In this document: positions 59,121 through 64,000 of the stretch, one piece after another
Layout: every line of letters starts with the position of its first letter
Position numbering within the stretch: position 1 is the stretch's first letter
Origin: the human T2T-CHM13v2.0 reference genome, Homo sapiens
Length of the DNA: 64,000 bases
Strand: one strand, 5' to 3'
NCBI RefSeq assembly: GCF_009914755.1
Contig: NC_060938.1
The notes under the pieces: generated by a model
The model's database searches: none
Told to the model about the DNA's origin: nothing
The model's input: only the letters and a program-made list of their open reading frames with translations
Position numbers and translations under genes: made by a program

Positions 59121-59664
59121 GGAAAGGAATGGAATGGATTTACAATGGAATGTAATGGAATGGAGTGGAATAGAGTGGCTTGGAGTGGATTGGAGTGGAG
59201 TGGAATGGAATGGTATGGATTGTTATGGAATGGAATTCAATGGAGTGGAGTGGAGTGCTGTGGGGTTGAGTGGAGTGGAGTTGAATGGAGTGGCATGGAA
59301 TGCGATGTAATGGAATGGAGTGGAGTTGAGTGGAGTAGAGTGGAAAGGTGTAGAATGGAATGGAATGGAATGGAGTGGAGTGGAGTGGAATTGAGTAGAG
59401 TGGAATGGAATGGAGTGGAATGGCATGGAGTGGAATGGAGTGGAGTGGAGTGGAGTTTACTGGAATGGAGTGGAAAGGAGTGGAGTGGGTTCGAATGAAA
59501 TGGAGTGGAGTGGAGTGGAATGGAATGGAGTGGACTGGAATGGAATGGAGTGGAGTGGAATGGAGTGGAGTGGAGTGGAGTGGAATGGAATGGAATGCAA
59601 TGGAGTGGAATGGAATGGAATCGAATGCAATGGAGTGGAATGGCATGGAATGGTGAAATGAAAT

Positions 59665-59727
59665 GTGAGCTGAGATTGTGCACTGCCCTCCAGCCTGGGT
59701 GAGAGAGTGAGATCCTGTCAAAAGAAA
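59665..59727 (+). mobile_element. Alu 3'-end fragment, copy 11
   Basis: GTGAGCTGAGATTGTGCACTGCCCTCCAGCCTGGGTGAGAGAGTGAGATCCTGTCAAAAGAAA. Confidence 0.9.
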
Positions 59728-60177
59728 ATAATGGATTGGAATGGATTTAGAATGGAATGGATTGAAATGGAATGGAATGGAATGCGGTGGAATGGAATGG
59801 GGTGGAATGGAGTGGAGTTGAATGGAGTGGAGTGGAGTGGAGTGGAATGGAGTGGAATGGAATCGAATGGAATAGAATCAAATCGAATGGAATAGAAAAT
59901 GGAATCAAATGGAATCGAACGGAATTGAATGGAAAAAATGGAATCGAATGGAATTGAATGGAATCGAATCAAATGGAATCGAATGGAATACGGAGAACTG
60001 GAATGGAGTGGAGTGGAATGGAGTGGAATGGAATGGGGTGGAATGGAATTCAATGGACTGGAGTGGAGTGGAATGGAATCAAATGGAATGGGAAGGAATG
60101 GATTTGAACGGAGTGCAGGGGAGTGGAGTGGAATGGAATGCAATGGAATGGAATGGAATGGAATGGTGAAATGAAAT

Positions 60178-60240
60178 GTGAGCTGAGATTCTGCAGTGCA
60201 ATGCAGCCCGGGTGATGTAGTGCGATCCTGTCCAAAGAAA
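60178..60240 (+). mobile_element. Alu 3'-end fragment, copy 12
   Basis: GTGAGCTGAGATTCTGCAGTGCAATGCAGCCCGGGTGATGTAGTGCGATCCTGTCCAAAGAAA (more diverged). Confidence 0.85.
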
Positions 60241-60404
60241 GGAATGGAATTGAATGGATTTAAAATAGAATGTAATGGAGTGGAGTGGAGTGGATTAGCG
60301 TGGAGTGGAGTGGAGTGGAATGGAATGGGAAGGAATGGAATTGAACAGAGTGGAGTGGAATGAAATGCAATGGAATGGAATAGAACTGAATGGTGCAATG
60401 AAAT

Positions 60405-60467
60405 GTGAGCTGAGATTGCGCACTGCACTCTAGCCTGGGAGAAAGAGTGAGATCCTGTCGAAAGAAA
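60405..60467 (+). mobile_element. Alu 3'-end fragment, copy 13
   Basis: GTGAGCTGAGATTGCGCACTGCACTCTAGCCTGGGAGAAAGAGTGAGATCCTGTCGAAAGAAA. Confidence 0.9.
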
Positions 60468-61212
60468 GGAAGGGAATGGAATGGATTTAGAATGCAATAT
60501 AATGGAATGGATTTAGAATGGAACGTAATGGAACGGAGTGGAGTGGAGTGGAGTGGAATGGAGTGGAGTGGAATGGAGTGGAGTGGAATGGAATGGAATG
60601 GAATGTAAAGGAATGGAGTGAAAAGAAGTGACATGGAGGGGGGTGGAATGGCATGGAGTGGAGTGGTATGGAATGGAATGGAATGGAAAGGAATGGAGTG
60701 AAAAGAAGTGAAATGGAGGGGGGTGGAATGGCATGGAATGGAGTCGAGCAGAGTGGAGTGGAATGGAGTGGAGTGCAGTGGAATGGAATTGAGTGGAATG
60801 GAGTGGAGTGCAGTGGAATGGAATTGAGTGGAATGGAATGGAATGGAATGGAGTGGAATGGAATGGAATGGAAGGGAATGGAATGGAGTGGAGTGGAATG
60901 GAATGGAATGGAAGGGAATGGAATGGAGTGGAGTGGAGTGGAATGGAGTGGAATGGAGTGAAGTGGAATGGATTGGAATGGAATGGAATGGAATGGAATG
61001 GAATGGCATCGAATGGAATTGAATGGAATGTGGTGAACTGGAGTGGAGTGGAATGGAATGGGGTGGAATGAAATTTAATGGAGTGGAGTGAAGTGGAGTG
61101 GAATGGATTGGAGTGGAATGCACTGGGAAGGAATGGAATTGAATGGAGTGGAGTGGAGTGGTGTGGAATGGAATGCAATGGAATGGAATGGACTGGAATA
61201 GTGAAATGATAT

Positions 61213-61276
61213 GTGAGCTGAGACTGTGCACTGCACTCCAACCTGGGTGACAGAGTGAGATCCTTTCATAAAAAAA
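61213..61276 (+). mobile_element. Alu 3'-end fragment, copy 14
   Basis: GTGAGCTGAGACTGTGCACTGCACTCCAACCTGGGTGACAGAGTGAGATCCTTTCATAAAAAAA. Confidence 0.9.
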
Positions 61277-61720
61277 GGAATGGAATGGAATAGATTTACA
61301 ATGGAATGTAATGGAATGAAGTGGAGTGAAGTGGCTGGGAGTGGAGTGGAGTGGAGCAGAATGGTATGGATTGTTATGGAATGGAATGCAATGGAGTGAA
61401 GTGGAGTGCTGTGGGGTGGAGTGGAGTGGAGTGGAATGGAGTGGAGTGGAGTGGAATGGAATGGAATGGAGTGGAGTTGAGTGGAGTGAAGTGGAAAGGT
61501 GTAGAATGGAATGGAATGGAGTGGAGTGGAGTGGAATGGAGTGGAGTGGAGTTTAGTGAAATGGAGTGGAATGGAGTGGAGTGGATTGGAATGAAAGGGA
61601 ATGGAGTGGAGTGGAATGGAGTGAAGTGGAGTGGAGTGGAAAGGAATGGAATGCAATGGAGTGGAATGGAATGGAATGGAATGAAATGGAATAGAATGGC
61701 ATGGAATGGTGAATTGAAAT

Positions 61721-61783
61721 GTGAGCTGAGATTGTGCACTGCACTCCAGCTTGGGTGAGAGAGTGAGATCCTGTCAAAAGAAA
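61721..61783 (+). mobile_element. Alu 3'-end fragment, copy 15
   Basis: GTGAGCTGAGATTGTGCACTGCACTCCAGCTTGGGTGAGAGAGTGAGATCCTGTCAAAAGAAA. Confidence 0.9.
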
Positions 61784-62276
61784 GGAATGGAATGGAATGG
61801 ATTTAGAATGCAATGGAATGAAATGGAATGGAATGGAATGGAGTGGAATGGTATGAGGTGGAATGGAGTGGAGTGGAATGGAGTGGAGCGGAATGGAACG
61901 GAATGGAATCGTATGGAATCGAATGGAATCGAATCAAATCAAATCGAACCGAATGGAATCGAATCGAATGGAATCGAATGGAATCAAACGGAATCAAAAG
62001 GAAAAAATGGAATCGAATGGAATTGTATGGAATTGAATCGAATGGAAACAAATGGCATTGAATGGAATCGAATGGAATGTGCTGAAGTGGAATGGAGTGG
62101 AATGGAATGGGGTGGAATGGAATTCAATGGAGTGGAGTGGAGTGGAATGGAATTGAATGGAATGGAATCGGAAGGCATGGAATTGAATGGAGTGTAGTGG
62201 AGTGGAGTGGAATGGAATGGAATGCATTGGAATGGAATAGAATGCAATGGAATGGAATGGAATGGTGAAATGAAAT

Positions 62277-62339
62277 GTGAGCTGAGATTGTGCAGTGCAG
62301 TGCAGCCTGGTTGATAGAGTGAGATCCTGTTGAAAGAAA
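62277..62339 (+). mobile_element. Alu 3'-end fragment, copy 16
   Basis: GTGAGCTGAGATTGTGCAGTGCAGTGCAGCCTGGTTGATAGAGTGAGATCCTGTTGAAAGAAA. Confidence 0.88.
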
Positions 62340-62753
62340 GGATTGGAATGGAATGGATTTAGAATGGAATGTAATGGAATGGAGTGGAATGAAGTGGCGT
62401 GGAGTGGAGTGGAGTGCAGTGGAATGGAGTGGTATGGATTGTTATGGAACGGAATGTAATGGAGTGGAGTGTATTGGAGTGGGGTGGAATGGAGTGGACT
62501 GGAATGGAGTGGAATGGAATGGGATGGAATGGAATGGAGTGGAGAGGAGTGGAAATTTATAGAATGGAATGGAATGGAATGGAGTTGACTGGAGTGGAGT
62601 GGAGTTGAGTGGAGTGCAGTGGAATGGAGTGTAGAGGAATAGAGTGGAATGGAGTGTAGTGGGGTGGAGTGGAGTGGAATGGAATGGAATGGAATGAAAT
62701 GGAATGGAATCGAAAGGGATGGAATGGAATGGAATGGAATGGTGACATGAAAT

Positions 62754-62816
62754 GTTAACTAAGATTGTGCACTGAACTCCAGCCTGGGTGACAGAGTGAG
62801 ATCCCATCAAAAGAAA
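62754..62816 (+). mobile_element. Alu 3'-end fragment, copy 17
   Basis: GTTAACTAAGATTGTGCACTGAACTCCAGCCTGGGTGACAGAGTGAGATCCCATCAAAAGAAA. Confidence 0.88.
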
Positions 62817-63897
62817 GGAGTGGAATGGAATGGATTTACAATGGAATGGAATGCAATTGAGTGGAGTGGAGTGCAGTGGCGTGGAGTGGAGTGGAGTGGA
62901 GTGGAACTGAGTGGTATGGATTGTTATGGAATGGAATGGAATGGAGTGGAGTGGAGTGGAGTGGATTGGAGTGGAATGGAGAGGAATGGAATGGGATGGA
63001 ATGGTATTGAGTGGAGTGGAATGGAGTGGAAAGGTGTAGAATGGAATAGAATGGAATATAGTGGATTGGAGTGGAGTGGAGGGGAGTTGAGTGCAGTGGA
63101 ATGGAACAGAGTGGAATGGAGTGGACTGCAGTGGAATGGAGAACACTGGAGTGGAGTGGAGTGGAATGGAGTGGAGTGGAGTGAAGTGGAGTGGAATGGA
63201 ATGGAGTGGAGTGGAATGAAATGGAGTGGATTGGAATGGACTGGAGTGGAGTGGAATGGACTGGAGTGGAATGGAATGGAATGGACTGGAATGGAATGGT
63301 ATGGGGTGGAGTGGAATGTAATTGAGTGCAGTGGAATGGAGTGGAATTGAGTGGAGTGGAATGGAGTGGAATGGACTGAAGTGGAGTGGAATGGAGTGGA
63401 ATGGAATGGAATGGGGTGGAGTGGAGTGGAATGGAGTGCAGTTCAATGGAGTGGAGTGGAGTGGAATGGAATGGAATGAATTGGAATGGAATCGAAAGGA
63501 ATCAAATGGAATGGAATGGAATGGAGTGGAATGGAACGGAATGCGGTGAAATGTGGAGTGGAGTGGAATGGTGTGCAATGGAATGGGGTGGAATGGAATT
63601 GAGTGGAGTGGAGTGGAGTGGAATGGAATGGAATGAATTGGAATGGAATCAAAAGGAATCAAATGGAATGGAATGGAATGTGGTGAAATGGTGTGGAGTG
63701 GAGTGGAATGAAGTGGAATGGAATGGGGTGGAATCGAATTCAATGGAGTGGAGTGGAATGGAGTGGAGTGGAATGGAAAGGGAAGGAATGGAATGGAACG
63801 GAGTGGAGTGGAGTGGAGTGAAGCGGAATGGAATGGAATAGAATGGAATGGAATGGAATGGAATGGAATGGAATGGAATGGAATGGTGAAATGAAAT

Positions 63898-63960
63898 GTG
63901 AGCTGAGATTGTGCACTGCACTGCAGCCTGGGTGACCTAGTGAGATCCTGTCAAAAGAAA
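63898..63960 (+). mobile_element. Alu 3'-end fragment, copy 18
   Basis: GTGAGCTGAGATTGTGCACTGCACTGCAGCCTGGGTGACCTAGTGAGATCCTGTCAAAAGAAA. Confidence 0.9.
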
Positions 63961-64000
63961 GGAATGGAATTGAATGGATTTAAAATGGAATGGAATGGAA

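Larger units (their letters stand above)
58325..62339 (+). repeat. ~2.1-kb higher-order repeat of four Alu-containing subunits, two copies
   Basis: Alu copies 9/13, 10/14, 11/15 and 12/16 share private variants, at offsets of 2080, 2155, 2056 and 2099 bp. Confidence 0.75.
1..64000 (+). repeat. Human satellite III (HSat3) array, diverged (GGAAT)n, G-rich strand on +
   Basis: GGAAT pentamer and single-base variants (GGAGT, GGACT, CGAAT, CAAAT, TGAAT, AGAAT) make up essentially the entire window. Long uninterrupted (GGAAT)n runs are present, as expected for HSat3 rather than HSat2. Embedded Alu fragments indicate a primate source. Confidence 0.97.
51430..64000 (+). repeat. GGAGT-rich HSat3 / Alu-fragment composite satellite
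   Basis: GGAGT/GGAAT mix with 18 copies of a 76-bp cassette, GGTGAAATGAAAT+GTGAGCTGAGATTGTGCACTGCACTCCAGCCTGGGTGACAGAGTGAGATCCTGTC+AAAAGAAA, spaced 227-1263 bp apart. Confidence 0.92.

Noticed and set aside
51419-61231. Non-repetitive peptide bits such as LTLSPRLECSAQSQL in minus-strand ORFs
   Set aside because: These are the well-known translation of antisense Alu sequence, not protein homology.
23-63921. Hundreds of ORFs up to 443 aa (FHSIP.. on minus, MEWNG.. on plus)
   Set aside because: A GGAAT repeat has no stop codon on either strand and translates with 5-aa periodicity. The ORFs overlap in all frames and show no domain-like sequence.
51635-63960. Conserved repeat with variable spacers resembling a CRISPR array or integron-like cassette array
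   Set aside because: The repeat is Alu-derived and 76 bp long, the spacers are 0.15-1.2 kb of satellite rather than unique sequence, there are no cas or integrase genes, and the DNA is primate.
51648-63960. Full-length or active Alu, 7SL or BC200-like RNA genes
   Set aside because: Only the last ~55 nt of the right arm plus a degenerate tail is present. There are no A/B boxes and no left arm.
1-64000. Assignment to a specific chromosome or named array (e.g. DYZ1, DYZ17/18, 9q12, acrocentric arms)
   Set aside because: This cannot be determined without alignment. No homogeneous 3.6-kb or 1.8-kb period is visible.
1-64000. Inversion or strand switch within the array
   Set aside because: No CATTC-rich stretch was seen on the + strand, so polarity is uniform.

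Overview
The whole 64 kb is primate (human or great-ape type) satellite III (HSat3). It is a diverged (GGAAT)n/(CATTC)n pentamer array with the G-rich strand on + throughout, and I saw no inversion. There are no credible genes: every ORF in the track is a translation artefact of the pentamer (MEWNG.../FHSIP...). The array is layered into four domains. (1) 1-~2560 is a GGAGT-rich, diverged domain. (2) ~2560-~49780 is a TCGA/GGACT-rich domain built from a ~0.9-1 kb higher-order unit (about 47 landmark copies counted by eye), with nested duplications. (3) ~49780-~51430 is a short, purer GGAAT transition block. (4) ~51430-64000 is a GGAGT-rich domain carrying 18 same-orientation copies of a ~63-bp Alu 3'-end fragment. 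All Alu copies share the same breakpoints and the same deletions, so they reflect one ancient insertion that was amplified as part of the satellite, in ~2.1-kb and ~7.45-kb higher-order steps. Each central unit also carries a motif one mismatch from a heat-shock element, and two copies are perfect. The Alu fragment supplies splice-site-like signals on both strands. All coordinates and counts were read manually and should be confirmed computationally.
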